A stretch of 64,000 nucleotides of DNA. It comes from Massilia sp. (GTDB taxonomy: Bacteria > Pseudomonadota > Gammaproteobacteria > Burkholderiales > Burkholderiaceae_D). Shown here piece after piece: positions 11,096 through 20,616 of this stretch. The first letter of the stretch is position 1. Every line of letters begins with the position of its first letter. The notes under the pieces are model-generated. The model was given only the letters and a program-made list of their open reading frames with translations, was not told where the DNA came from and ran no database searches. The translations under genes were made by a program, and so were the position numbers. The stretch is from positions 6,588 to 70,587 of the forward strand of contig NZ_JBKBOV010000025.1 of assembly GCF_046293535.1 (NCBI RefSeq), in the 5' to 3' direction.

Positions 11096-11317
11096 ATGCA
11101 AGTACTTAATGTTGAAGAAATCCAAGAAGTTTCTGGTGGTGTCCAGGATAAAGTCGTACCAGCTGCGTTTATTTCTGCAGGCGGATACCTTGGCAGTTAT
11201 CTCTCAGCAGCGCGCTTTGGTGCCACACTTGGGGCAGCAGCTGGGCCGATTGGCGCTATCGTTGGCGGCGTAGCTGCCGGCGTGTTCGTCTATTATTACT
11301 ACGATCAAAAGCGCTGA
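11096..11317 (+). CDS. class II microcin/bacteriocin-like precursor 2 (73 aa, GG leader, glycine-zipper core)
   Basis: Leader MQVLNVEEIQEVSGG (15 aa, ColV-like), Gly/Ala-rich hydrophobic core GATLGAAAGPIGAIVGGVAAG, GGAG RBS, upstream of a PCAT exporter. Confidence 0.85.
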   Translation: MQVLNVEEIQEVSGGVQDKVVPAAFISAGGYLGSYLSAARFGATLGAAAGPIGAIVGGVAAGVFVYYYYDQKR

Positions 11318-11395
11318 CCGAGAGCCGATTTAGGGCTGCGGTTAACTGAGGAGTCGGCTTAGTGTCGACTCTTCTTTCAATACGGTGAACTAATC

Positions 11396-11890
11396 ATGAC
11401 AAACTTAAAAGAAATTAATTCCATATCAAAAACCTACTTCCCACTTCCATTGTGGCGCTATATTTTAATTTTCCAATCTTGGCAACAGTTACTATCTTGG
11501 ATGGTTATTGTTTCAGCAACTGCGTTTTCGGTCTACTTTTTGCTAAATATTCTCGATCCTAGGTCTGTACCAATCGAAGCAATTTTGTTGGGTGTAGCTT
11601 TTGGATCTATGTTCTCAGTTATTATGGTTATTCCTGTGGAAATTCATTTCAAAGGTAAAACTAATCGCCTCACATACATTCTAGTTGAAAAGCTTTATAG
11701 CGTAGGCTACATTCAAGATTCACAGGCAGGAGAAATTACCACATTCAAACAAAAATTCTCTTCTCGGTTAAAATGGACCGAAGGAAATGTTGTAATTAAA
11801 AAACTTGATCATGAAATCGTAGTGACTGGAGGCTGGTTTATTTTGGGAAACTTACGTCGCGCTATAAAAATATCCTATTTTAAAGATTAA
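11396..11890 (+). CDS. 2-TM membrane protein, candidate immunity protein
   Basis: 164 aa, very AT-rich, two hydrophobic segments, directly downstream of precursor 2. Confidence 0.6.
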   Translation: MTNLKEINSISKTYFPLPLWRYILIFQSWQQLLSWMVIVSATAFSVYFLLNILDPRSVPIEAILLGVAFGSMFSVIMVIPVEIHFKGKTNRLTYILVEKLYSVGYIQDSQAGEITTFKQKFSSRLKWTEGNVVIKKLDHEIVVTGGWFILGNLRRAIKISYFKD

Positions 11891-12012
11891 CCTTTTATTT
11901 GTTACTTGATAAAAATATAATATATTAGCTTTATATAACGATATTCGACCTTTTTTAATTATTTGTCACAATGAGAATCCGGCAGCCAGCTTAAAAAGTA
12001 AGGAGAGATAAC

Positions 12013-13347
12013 TTGCGCGACGCCGACATCACTTCAGAAAAAACTCGGAAGAGCCTTCTCCCCGATCAAACTTCGGAATCCCCACCAAGAAGTTTGTTTC
12101 GTCAGCAAGCTATTGAGCATAGCAAGGTACGCCAATACGGAACGGTCATAGTAACCCGTCCTGTTAGCCATATAGTTCTTACTTTTATATCTATTTTCCT
12201 TGCTCTCCTGCTCATCTTGTTCTTCCTCTTTTTCGAAACAACTCGTAAAGTAATAATCCATGGCATGTTAGTCCCTACGGCAGGGGTAATCAGAGTTTTT
12301 CCTAATCAAGCGGGTATCATCAAGGAGGTCCGTATCAAGGAAGGCCAATTCGTGCGTGAAGGTGATATCCTTTTCATTGTCTCCAGTGAGCGTAGCAATG
12401 CCGAAGCTAGCTCTACCGAAGCCTTGATTTCTGACTTACTAATGCGACGACGCGAAAGCTTCCAAGCTGAGCTGCTCCAAGCTAAGGTGCAGGTCGGACA
12501 GCGCCGCGCGGCTCTTCGGCAGCGTACACATGATCTCCAAGAAGAACTCAAGCGACTTGAAACCCAGGCGCATATTCAGAAGCAGCGCATCGCCTTAACC
12601 GAGCAGGCAGTGGCGCGTTTTACGCAATTGAAGGCGACCAATTACATATCAGCAGCGCAACTGCAAGAGCGCGAAGCCGAGTTACTCGACCAGCACCAGC
12701 GCCTGTTCGAGATTGAGCGCATTCGCTCTAGCACCCAACGCGACCTAGCCAGCACTCAGGCGGAAGAACTTGATGTCGCAGTGCAGGCCCTGCGCGACGA
12801 AAACGTTCTCCGCCGCAATGCTTCCACGCTCGAACAGGATCTGACCGAGAACGAGGCGCGACGCGAAGTCTCAATACGGGCGCGCCAGAGCGGAACAGTT
12901 ACGGCAATAGCCGCCAATCTCGGCCAAACCGTCGGTATTTCCACTGCTCTAGGATCGATCCTGCCTGAGGGAAACAAGCTGGAAGCGGAAATGTATGTGC
13001 CATCGCGCGCAGTCGGCTTTATCAAACCAAGAATAACGGCCCTGCTGCGCTACCAGGCTTTCCCATATCAGAAATTTGGCCAGCATACCGCACGCGTGCG
13101 CGAAGTAGCCACGACCTCGGTGCGGCCCGAGGAACTCCCAACTTCAGCTGCGACGTTGCCGGGCGCTGCCCAATCCGAGCCGGTATATCGTGTACGGCTC
13201 GAGCTCGACCAGCAAACTGTGCGCGCGTACGGGACTGCGATGCCGCTACGTTCTGGCATGCTAGTCGATGCCAGCATCATGCTCGAACGCCGCAAGCTCT
13301 ACGAATGGGTGCTGGAACCATTGTTCAGTATTTCGGGCCGATTGTAA
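12013..13347 (+). CDS. HlyD-family membrane fusion protein (CvaA/MchE-type bacteriocin secretion adaptor)
   Basis: TTG start with AAGGAG RBS; LFRQQAI, single TM, long coiled coil, QAFPYQKFG, LRSGM..DASIMLERRKLYEW. Confidence 0.92.
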   Translation: MRDADITSEKTRKSLLPDQTSESPPRSLFRQQAIEHSKVRQYGTVIVTRPVSHIVLTFISIFLALLLILFFLFFETTRKVIIHGMLVPTAGVIRVFPNQAGIIKEVRIKEGQFVREGDILFIVSSERSNAEASSTEALISDLLMRRRESFQAELLQAKVQVGQRRAALRQRTHDLQEELKRLETQAHIQKQRIALTEQAVARFTQLKATNYISAAQLQEREAELLDQHQRLFEIERIRSSTQRDLASTQAEELDVAVQALRDENVLRRNASTLEQDLTENEARREVSIRARQSGTVTAIAANLGQTVGISTALGSILPEGNKLEAEMYVPSRAVGFIKPRITALLRYQAFPYQKFGQHTARVREVATTSVRPEELPTSAATLPGAAQSEPVYRVRLELDQQTVRAYGTAMPLRSGMLVDASIMLERRKLYEWVLEPLFSISGRL

Positions 13348-13424
13348 GCGGGCAAAGCTCGTTCCCATAAACTAGTGGCGGTAATGAGTTTTTACGGCCA
13401 GCTCATCCTGATAATAGTTAAATT

Positions 13425-15569
13425 ATGCTATTTCCCATTCTTTCCCAGCTCACGTTCTTGAACCGCCGTAGGCTACCCGTTATGCTGCAGACCGAAGGGG
13501 CAGAATGTGGCTTGGCATGCTTGGCAATGGTCGCCAGTTATTGGGGCCATCGAATAGATATTCCAAGCATGCGTCGCCGCTTCTCGGTATCGATGAAGGG
13601 CGTTAACCTGAAGGGCATGATGGCGATGGCAAACGGCCTGTCCCTGCAGACCCGCCCGCTCAAGTTGGACCTTCAGCACTTGCCTGAATTGAAGTTACCC
13701 TGTGTAACGCACTGGGACCTGAACCACTTTGTCGTGCTCAAGTCAGTCTCGGCAAAGCATGTCGTCGTACATGATCCAAGTATCGGCGAACGGCGTATGC
13801 CACTCGAAGAATTTGCCAAGCACTTTACCGGTATCGCGCTCGAGCTGACACCGAGTGCACAGTTCGAGGCCAAGGAAGAACGTCAGCAATTTTCTCTGTT
13901 CTCGTTGATGGGAAATGTGGTCGGTCTGCGCCGCAGCTTGCTCCAAGTGCTGGCGCTCGGTCTGGCCCTTCAGATCTGCGCCCTGATCGCGCCCTTCTAT
14001 ATGCAGTGGATTGTCGACGAAGCCCTGCTGGCGTCGGACCGCGACCTGATCAAGGTGCTTGGCTGCGGCTTCTTGCTCCTGGTACTGCTTCAGACCACAA
14101 TCGGCGCCGTCCGCTCATGGGTTACCACCGTGCTAGCCACCAGCCTGAACCTACAATGGCTGGGCAACGCCTTTGCCCATCTAATAAAGCTACCATTGCC
14201 CTACTTCGAGAAGCGCCATACCGGCGACATCGTCTCACGCTTCGGTTCAATCCAGCAGATTCAGACGAGCCTAACGACACAGTTTGTCGAAGGCATCATC
14301 GACGGTGTACTGGTGCTGGGCACCCTGATCATGATGCTGCTATATAGCCCCAAGTTGGCTGCAGTGGCCTGCGTTGCAGTACTGTTGTACGCGCTACTGC
14401 GTTTGGCAATGTTCCGCCCACTGCGCGATGCGAACGCCGAAGAGATCATCCATACCGCGAAACAGCAAAGCCACTTCATGGAAACTGTGCGCGGTATGCA
14501 AAGTATTCGCCTGTTCGGGCGCAGCGAAGAGCGTCGTTCAGCCTGGATAAACTCGCTGACCGACGAGTTCAACGCTCAGTTGCGTATCGCGAGGCTGGCC
14601 GTCTCGTACCAGACATCCAATACCCTGCTATTCAATGGGGAGCGCGTGATCGTGATCTGGCTTGCAGCCCTCTCCGTGCTCAGTAATGAATTCTCGGTCG
14701 GAATGGTATTTGCATTTATTAGCTACAAGGATCAGTTTAGCCAGCGAATGGCCAGTCTGATCGACAAACTGTTCGAATTACGGATGATGCGCTTGCATGG
14801 CGAGCGCGTGGCCGATATCGTGCTGGCCGAAGCAGAACCGGACGATGACGTCGTCGAAGTCGACGCAAACCAGATCATGCCTTCAATCGAGATCAAAAAC
14901 CTGAGTTTCCGTTATTCCGACAGCGAGCCCGAAGTCATCCGTGAACTCAACCTGAGCATCCCCGCTGGGCAATGTGTGGCAATTACTGGACCTTCTGGCT
15001 GCGGGAAGACGACATTGATGAAATTGCTGCTGGGCCTGCTCGTACCAACCGGAGGTGAAATTCGCATCGGGGGAGTACCCTTGGGTACACTCGGCCTGTC
15101 GAACTATCGCCGACTGCTAGGCACGGTGATGCAGGATGATACATTGTTTGCCGGATCGATCTCAGACAACATTAGTTTTTTCGATCCCCTGATCGACATG
15201 CAACGCGTCCATGTGTGCGCTGAACTAGCCGCCATCGAGCCTGAGATCTCTACCATGCCGATGGCCTTCAACACCCTGGTCGGCGATATCGGCACCGGCC
15301 TGTCGGGCGGACAGCAGCAGCGCGTCCTTTTGGCACGTGCACTGTACAAGAACCCGAAAATCTTGGTGCTTGACGAAGCGACCAGCCACTTGGACGTGTG
15401 GAATGAACAGGCTGTCAACGCAGCCATCCAGAAGATTCCACTTACCCGAATTATCGTCGCGCACCGTCCAGAAACGATCCAAATGGCAGAGCGTGTGATC
15501 GTCCTGCATAACGGTCAAGTTGCCCAAGATGTGACTAAGTCGACTCCCGAAGATAAGCAGGCAGCTTGA
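13425..15569 (+). CDS. peptidase-containing ABC transporter (C39 peptidase + TMD + NBD; CvaB/MchF-type)
   Basis: QTEGAECGLACLAM (catalytic Cys), HWDLNHFVVL (His), Walker A GPSGCGKT, LSGGQQQR, ILVLDEATSHLD all intact. Confidence 0.95.
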   Translation: MLFPILSQLTFLNRRRLPVMLQTEGAECGLACLAMVASYWGHRIDIPSMRRRFSVSMKGVNLKGMMAMANGLSLQTRPLKLDLQHLPELKLPCVTHWDLNHFVVLKSVSAKHVVVHDPSIGERRMPLEEFAKHFTGIALELTPSAQFEAKEERQQFSLFSLMGNVVGLRRSLLQVLALGLALQICALIAPFYMQWIVDEALLASDRDLIKVLGCGFLLLVLLQTTIGAVRSWVTTVLATSLNLQWLGNAFAHLIKLPLPYFEKRHTGDIVSRFGSIQQIQTSLTTQFVEGIIDGVLVLGTLIMMLLYSPKLAAVACVAVLLYALLRLAMFRPLRDANAEEIIHTAKQQSHFMETVRGMQSIRLFGRSEERRSAWINSLTDEFNAQLRIARLAVSYQTSNTLLFNGERVIVIWLAALSVLSNEFSVGMVFAFISYKDQFSQRMASLIDKLFELRMMRLHGERVADIVLAEAEPDDDVVEVDANQIMPSIEIKNLSFRYSDSEPEVIRELNLSIPAGQCVAITGPSGCGKTTLMKLLLGLLVPTGGEIRIGGVPLGTLGLSNYRRLLGTVMQDDTLFAGSISDNISFFDPLIDMQRVHVCAELAAIEPEISTMPMAFNTLVGDIGTGLSGGQQQRVLLARALYKNPKILVLDEATSHLDVWNEQAVNAAIQKIPLTRIIVAHRPETIQMAERVIVLHNGQVAQDVTKSTPEDKQAA

Positions 15570-15584
15570 CGAGGACAGTCTGCT

Positions 15585-15626
15585 AAAAAAAATGGCCCGG
15601 ACGATTACTCGTCCAGGCCAGCTTTT
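15585..15626. terminator. bidirectional terminator between the exporter and phbB
   Basis: A-tract, TGGCCCGGACGA-ttac-TCGTCCAGGCCA (1 mismatch), TTTT. Confidence 0.7.
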
Positions 15627-15663
15627 GCAACTCAAGCGTCTTGTCTACGCGCTTGGTCGATAA

Positions 15664-16404
15664 TCACTGCATGTGCTGCCCACCATTGATGGCAATGTTG
15701 GCGCCAGTCACGAAGGCCGCCTCTTCCGACGACAGGTAAGCAACCAGGCCGGCGACTTCTTCCGGCTTGCCCAGGCGGCCCATCGGAATCTGCGGGATGA
15801 TCTTGCTTTCCAGCACTTCGCTCGGGATGTCCATCACCATCTTGGTGCCAATGTAGCCCGGCGAGATGGTGTTGACGGTCACGCCCTTGCGCGCCACTTC
15901 CAGGGCCAGGGCCTTAGTAAAACCGTGCATGCCGGCCTTGGCCGCCGAATAGTTGGTCTGGCCGAAGGCGCCCTTCTGGCCGTTCACCGACGAGATGTTG
16001 ATGATCCGGCCCCAGCCGCGCTCGACCATGCCGTCGCAGACCGGCTTGGTCATGTTGAACACGGAATCCAGGTTGGTCTTCATGACCGCATCCCAGTTCG
16101 GCTTGTCCATCTTCTTGAAGGTCATGTCGCGCGTGATGCCGGCGTTGTTCACCAGCACGTCGACCGGGCCGACTTCCTGCTCGACCTGGCGCACGCAGGC
16201 CTGGGCCGAATCGTAGTCCGACACGTCGCAGGGATAGGCCTTGAAGTCGTAGCCCTGCTCTTTCATCTGGCTCAGCCAGCTTTCCGCCTTCGTGTTCCCC
16301 GGCGAATACGTAGTGACGACCTTATAACCCAAAGCTGCCAGCTTGATGCACACCGCTTCGCCCAGACCGCCCATGCCGCCCGTCACCAATGCTACTCGTG
16401 CCAT
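15664..16404 (-). CDS. phbB: acetoacetyl-CoA reductase
   Basis: MARVALVTGGMGGLG, NNAGITRD, GQTNYSAAKAG; downstream of a thiolase. Confidence 0.95.
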   Translation of the reverse strand: MARVALVTGGMGGLGEAVCIKLAALGYKVVTTYSPGNTKAESWLSQMKEQGYDFKAYPCDVSDYDSAQACVRQVEQEVGPVDVLVNNAGITRDMTFKKMDKPNWDAVMKTNLDSVFNMTKPVCDGMVERGWGRIINISSVNGQKGAFGQTNYSAAKAGMHGFTKALALEVARKGVTVNTISPGYIGTKMVMDIPSEVLESKIIPQIPMGRLGKPEEVAGLVAYLSSEEAAFVTGANIAINGGQHMQ

Positions 16405-16480
16405 TGTCTTCTCCAGTTTTATAGTCAATCACTTCCTGCGAACCGGGCAGCCGCGCCGGGCTGCCCGGACACAAGCTTTC

Positions 16481-17659
16481 TTAATCGCGCTCGACCGCCA
16501 GCGCCACGCCCATGCCGCCGCCGATGCACAGGCTGGCCAGCCCGCGCTTGGCGTCGCGGCGCACCATCTCGTGCAGCAGGGTGACCAGCACGCGGCAGCC
16601 CGAGGCGCCGATCGGGTGGCCCAGCGCGATCGCGCCGCCGTTCACGTTGATCTTCGACGTATCCCAGCCCATTTCCTTGTTGACCGCGATGGCCTGGGCC
16701 GCGAAGGCCTCGTTGATTTCCATCAGGTCGACGTCTTCATGGGTCCAGCCGGCCTTCTGCAGGCACAGCTGGGTGGCCGAGACCGGGCCCATGCCCATGA
16801 TCGACGGATCCAGGCCGGCCGAGGCGTAGGCCTTGATGCGCGCCAGCGGGGTCAAGCCCAGCTCTTTCGCCTTCGAGGCGCTCATCATGATGACGGCCGC
16901 GGCGCCGTCGTTGATGCCGGAGGCGTTGCCGGCGGTGACCGTGCCTTCCTTGTTGAAGGCCGGACGCAGGCTGCTCAGCGCTTCGAGCGTCGAGCCGTGC
17001 TTCGGGTATTCGTCGGTGTCGAAGACGGTCGGGCCTTTCTTGGACGGGATCTCGACGGGGATGATCTCGTCCTTGAACTTGCCTTCCTTCTGGGCCGCTT
17101 CGGCCTTGAGCTGCGACTGCAGCGCGAATTCATCCTGCTCGGCGCGCGACACCTCGTACTTGCGCGCCACGTTCTCGGCGGTCACGCCCATGTGGTACTG
17201 GTTGTACACGTCCCACAGGCCGTCGACGATCATGGTGTCGACCAGCTTGGCGTCGCCCATGCGGAAACCGTCGCGCGAGCCGTTGAGCACGTGCGGCGAG
17301 GCGCTCATGTTTTCCTGGCCGCCGGCGATGACGATCTGGGCGTCGCCGCACTTGATGGCCTGGGCCGCGAGGTGGGTGGCCTTCAGGCCGCTGCCGCACA
17401 CCATGTTGATGGTCTGGGCCGGCACCATGTCGGGCAGCCCGCCCTTGATGACGGCCTGGCGGGCCGGGTTCTGGCCGGCGCCGGCGGTGAGGACCTGGCC
17501 CATGATCACCTCGCTGACCGAGGCGGGATCGATGCCGGTCTTGGCCAGCAGTTGGCGAATCACGTGCGCGCCGAGCTCGGCGGCAGGTATCTTGGCCAGC
17601 GTGCCGCCGAATTTACCGACTGGCGTGCGGCCGGCGGCCACGATGACGACGTCTTCCAT
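16481..17659 (-). CDS. phaA: acetyl-CoA C-acetyltransferase (beta-ketothiolase)
   Basis: [37 protein letters not shown]; co-oriented with phbB. Confidence 0.92.
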   Translation of the reverse strand: MEDVVIVAAGRTPVGKFGGTLAKIPAAELGAHVIRQLLAKTGIDPASVSEVIMGQVLTAGAGQNPARQAVIKGGLPDMVPAQTINMVCGSGLKATHLAAQAIKCGDAQIVIAGGQENMSASPHVLNGSRDGFRMGDAKLVDTMIVDGLWDVYNQYHMGVTAENVARKYEVSRAEQDEFALQSQLKAEAAQKEGKFKDEIIPVEIPSKKGPTVFDTDEYPKHGSTLEALSSLRPAFNKEGTVTAGNASGINDGAAAVIMMSASKAKELGLTPLARIKAYASAGLDPSIMGMGPVSATQLCLQKAGWTHEDVDLMEINEAFAAQAIAVNKEMGWDTSKINVNGGAIALGHPIGASGCRVLVTLLHEMVRRDAKRGLASLCIGGGMGVALAVERD

Positions 17660-17936
17660 GTTGCTCTCCCTAGTTCCGGTCTGGCCGGGATTGTTAAGAA
17701 CCATGCATCTTACGGTTTGCGCAATGCCCATGTTTAAGCGAAATCAATCTTATCAGCTTATTCACCGATTACAACCGCACGATGACAGGCTGTCACGTTC
17801 TTGCTTACTTATTTTTGAACGTGCATCGACTGGTCGTGGCAACACCCATTTCTACTAGGAATCATGCGTACGCAAATGTCCTTTCGGTCAAATTTCACAG
17901 TAGAATGCACGAGCGCAACGCCAACCAGACCGTTTT

Positions 17937-18722
17937 ATGCTGAAGACCCCATCCTCGCTGCCCATCGAAATCAAGATCTCCACGGTTGTCGCCATTTCGA
18001 CGATCCTGCATTCGGCCGACCCGGTCACGATCGACGCGGCACTGAACCAGATGACCGGCGGGGTCTCGGATTTCTTCGAGGACGAGTTCGCGGTGATCGA
18101 CATCGCCGCCATCGCCCACGAGGCACCCGTCATCGACTGGCCGGCCCTGGTGGCGCTGCTAAAGAAATACCGGCTCAATGCGGTGGCCGTGCGCGGCGCC
18201 GGACCGGAGATGGCGGAGGCGATCCGCGCCCACGGCCTGTCGCTGGACGACGGCTCGAGCGGCGTGCGTGCGCCGGAGAAGGAAGCGCCGGCCGCGCCGG
18301 CAACCGCGCCCGAACCCGAGCCCGAGACGGCCCCGGCGGCCGCGCCGCCGGCGCCCGCCCCCGCCCCGGCTTTGATTCCCGCGATGATCATCGACACCCC
18401 GGTGCGCGCCGGCCAGCGCGTCTACGCGCGCGGCACCGACCTGATCATCACCGCGGTCGTCAACAATGGCGCGGAGATCATCGCCGACGGCAGCATCCAC
18501 GTGTACGCGGCCCTGAACGGCCGCGCACTGGCGGGCGCATCCGGCAATCCGGAGGCGCGCATCTTCGCCCTGTCGATGCAGCCGGAACTGGTATCGATCG
18601 CGGGCGTGTACCGCACCTTCGACGACGGCTTCCCGAATGACCTGACGCGCCAGCCGGCGCAGATCAAGCTGGTCGGCGACCGGCTGGCGATCTCGTCGCT
18701 GGCGCCGGCATCCCGCGCATAA
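17937..18722 (+). CDS. minC: septum site-determining protein MinC
   Basis: PVRAGQRVYA, GAEIIADGSIHVY, GRALAG; first gene of minCDE. Confidence 0.93.
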   Translation: MLKTPSSLPIEIKISTVVAISTILHSADPVTIDAALNQMTGGVSDFFEDEFAVIDIAAIAHEAPVIDWPALVALLKKYRLNAVAVRGAGPEMAEAIRAHGLSLDDGSSGVRAPEKEAPAAPATAPEPEPETAPAAAPPAPAPAPALIPAMIIDTPVRAGQRVYARGTDLIITAVVNNGAEIIADGSIHVYAALNGRALAGASGNPEARIFALSMQPELVSIAGVYRTFDDGFPNDLTRQPAQIKLVGDRLAISSLAPASRA

Positions 18723-18766
18723 ACCCTTCGACCGCAGATACTGCTAGAACTGTAAAGGACCTTTTT

Positions 18767-19582
18767 GTGGCAAGAATTATTGTTGTGACGTCCGGCAAGG
18801 GCGGTGTGGGCAAAACCACTTCGAGCGCAAGTTTTTCCAGCGGCCTGGCCCTGCGCGGCCACAAGACCGCGGTCATCGACTTCGACGTCGGCCTGCGCAA
18901 CCTCGACCTGATCATGGGTTGCGAACGCCGCGTGGTCTACGACCTGATCAACGTGATCAACGGCGAGGCGACCCTGAACCAGGCGCTGATCAAGGACAAG
19001 CACACCGACAACCTGTTCATCCTGCCGGCCTCGCAGACGCGCGACAAGGAAGCGCTGAGCGAAGAAGGCGTCGAGCGCGTGCTGAACGAGCTGGTCAAGA
19101 TGGGCTTCGAGTTCATCATCTGCGATTCGCCCGCCGGCATCGAGCACGGCGCGCTGATGGCGCTGACCTTCGCGGACGAGGCGATCATCGTCACCAATCC
19201 GGAAGTGTCCTCGGTGCGCGACTCCGACCGCATCCTCGGCATCCTGCAAGCCAAGTCGCGCCGCGCCCAGAGCGGTTCGGAGCCGGTCAAGGAGCACCTC
19301 CTGATCACCCGCTACTCGCCGAAGCGCGTGGAAGCCGACGAAATGCTGTCCTACCAGGACGTGCAGGAAATCCTGCGCATTCCCTTGATCGGCATCATTC
19401 CGGAATCGGAATCGGTGCTGCACGCCTCGAACCAGGGCAACCCGGCGATCCATTTCAAGGGCACCGACGTGGCCGATGCCTACGAGGACGTGATCGCCCG
19501 CTTCCTGGGCGAAGAGCGTCCACTGCGTTTCACCACCTACGAAAAGCCGGGCCTGTTCCAGCGCATTTTTGGAGCCAAGTGA
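18767..19582 (+). CDS. minD: septum site-determining ATPase MinD
   Basis: [30 protein letters not shown]-terminal amphipathic helix. Confidence 0.97.
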   Translation: MARIIVVTSGKGGVGKTTSSASFSSGLALRGHKTAVIDFDVGLRNLDLIMGCERRVVYDLINVINGEATLNQALIKDKHTDNLFILPASQTRDKEALSEEGVERVLNELVKMGFEFIICDSPAGIEHGALMALTFADEAIIVTNPEVSSVRDSDRILGILQAKSRRAQSGSEPVKEHLLITRYSPKRVEADEMLSYQDVQEILRIPLIGIIPESESVLHASNQGNPAIHFKGTDVADAYEDVIARFLGEERPLRFTTYEKPGLFQRIFGAK

Positions 19583-19583
19583 T

Positions 19584-19835
19584 ATGGCACTTCTCAACTT
19601 TCTGTTCCCGGAGAAAAAGAAGAGCGCGTCAGCCGCCAAGGAACGCTTGCAGATCATCATCGCCCGCGAGCGCAGCAGTGTCACCGGTCCGGACTTCTTG
19701 CCCGCCCTGCACCGCGAGCTGATCGAGGTCATCTCGAAATACACCAAGGTCAGCGCCGACGACATCAAGATCTCGCTCGACCGCCAGGGCAACCTGGAAG
19801 TGCTCGACGTGAACGTGGTGCTGCCGGACGCGTAA
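19584..19835 (+). CDS. minE: cell division topological specificity factor MinE
   Basis: [28 protein letters not shown]. Confidence 0.95.
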   Translation: MALLNFLFPEKKKSASAAKERLQIIIARERSSVTGPDFLPALHRELIEVISKYTKVSADDIKISLDRQGNLEVLDVNVVLPDA

Positions 19836-19850
19836 GCGAATCCCCACCCC

Positions 19851-19888
19851 GATAAACAAATGCCCGCTCAAGCGGGCATTTGTTTATC
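19851..19888. terminator. 17-bp perfect inverted repeat, likely bidirectional terminator
   Basis: GATAAACAAATGCCCGC-tcaa-GCGGGCATTTGTTTATC between convergent genes. Confidence 0.7.
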
Positions 19889-20428
19889 CACCTGTGCCGT
19901 TCCCGCATCGATTGCGCGCAGTTTCTGCAGTTCGCGCGCCACCTTGGCGCAGGCGTCCACGTGCTGGTAGCCCATCTTGCGAAACAGCGCGAAGCCGATC
20001 GCCGCCGATGCCACCTGTCCCGCCAGCGGCACCACCTTGGCCACCGTCTTGGCCGCGATCCTCACCCCGGCGCGCTTGAACAGCACCAGCACCAACCGCT
20101 TGGTCACCAGTTTCCCGACCAGCATGCCGCCGACCGAGGCCGCGGCCTGGTAAGCCAGGACCCGCAGGCGTGGATGCAGGCGCTCGATCTGCTGCTGGCT
20201 CAGGCCGAACTCCTTGTTGACCTCTTCCACCAGCAAGGTAAAGGTGCTCAGGTCCGACAGCACGTCCACGCCCGGCAAGGGCACCGCCGCCACTCCGGCC
20301 GAGACCAGGGCGCGCTTGCGTACCATCTCGCGGCAGCGCTCGCGCACCACCTCGATCTCGGCCCCGCTCACCGGCGTGGCTGGCGCTTCAGCCGCGACGA
20401 CATCCTTCTTTTTGCGTCGAAACAACAT
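19868..20428 (-). CDS. hypothetical protein (DUF697/EcsC-like helical membrane-associated)
   Basis: AGVAAVPLPGVD and KVVPLAGQVASAAIG motifs. Confidence 0.65.
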   Translation of the reverse strand: MLFRRKKKDVVAAEAPATPVSGAEIEVVRERCREMVRKRALVSAGVAAVPLPGVDVLSDLSTFTLLVEEVNKEFGLSQQQIERLHPRLRVLAYQAAASVGGMLVGKLVTKRLVLVLFKRAGVRIAAKTVAKVVPLAGQVASAAIGFALFRKMGYQHVDACAKVARELQKLRAIDAGTAQVDKQMPA

Positions 20429-20616
20429 ATCGTCCCCCGGTTACTTCGTACTGACAAGTGTATCGCGGGGCCCGTGTTCTCCTGAACACAACAGAACCGC
20501 ATTTCCTGAAAAAAATACCTCATTTTGCTGTAGCGCTATTTTGTGAAAGTCTGCTATATTCGGTTTAACCCTTGTAGGAGCCTTCCTACAAGGCTAACCT
20601 GACCAGTAGATGTCCC

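Larger units (their letters stand above)
9590..15590. mobile_element. AT-rich genomic island carrying a microcin/bacteriocin-type export locus (no integrase seen)
   Basis: Abrupt drop in GC after 9583 (by eye about 35-40% in 9.6-12.0 kb, intermediate in the exporter genes, versus about 65-70% in flanks); accessory gene content. Confidence 0.75.

Noticed and set aside
10905-11273. 122-aa ORF overlapping precursor 2
   Set aside because: TTG start with no RBS, no motif, and it overlaps the better-supported GG-leader ORF in another frame.
11096-11317. Class IIb siderophore-microcin or lanthipeptide/RiPP assignment
   Set aside because: No Ser-rich C-terminus, no Cys, and no mchC/D-like or other modification genes in the locus.
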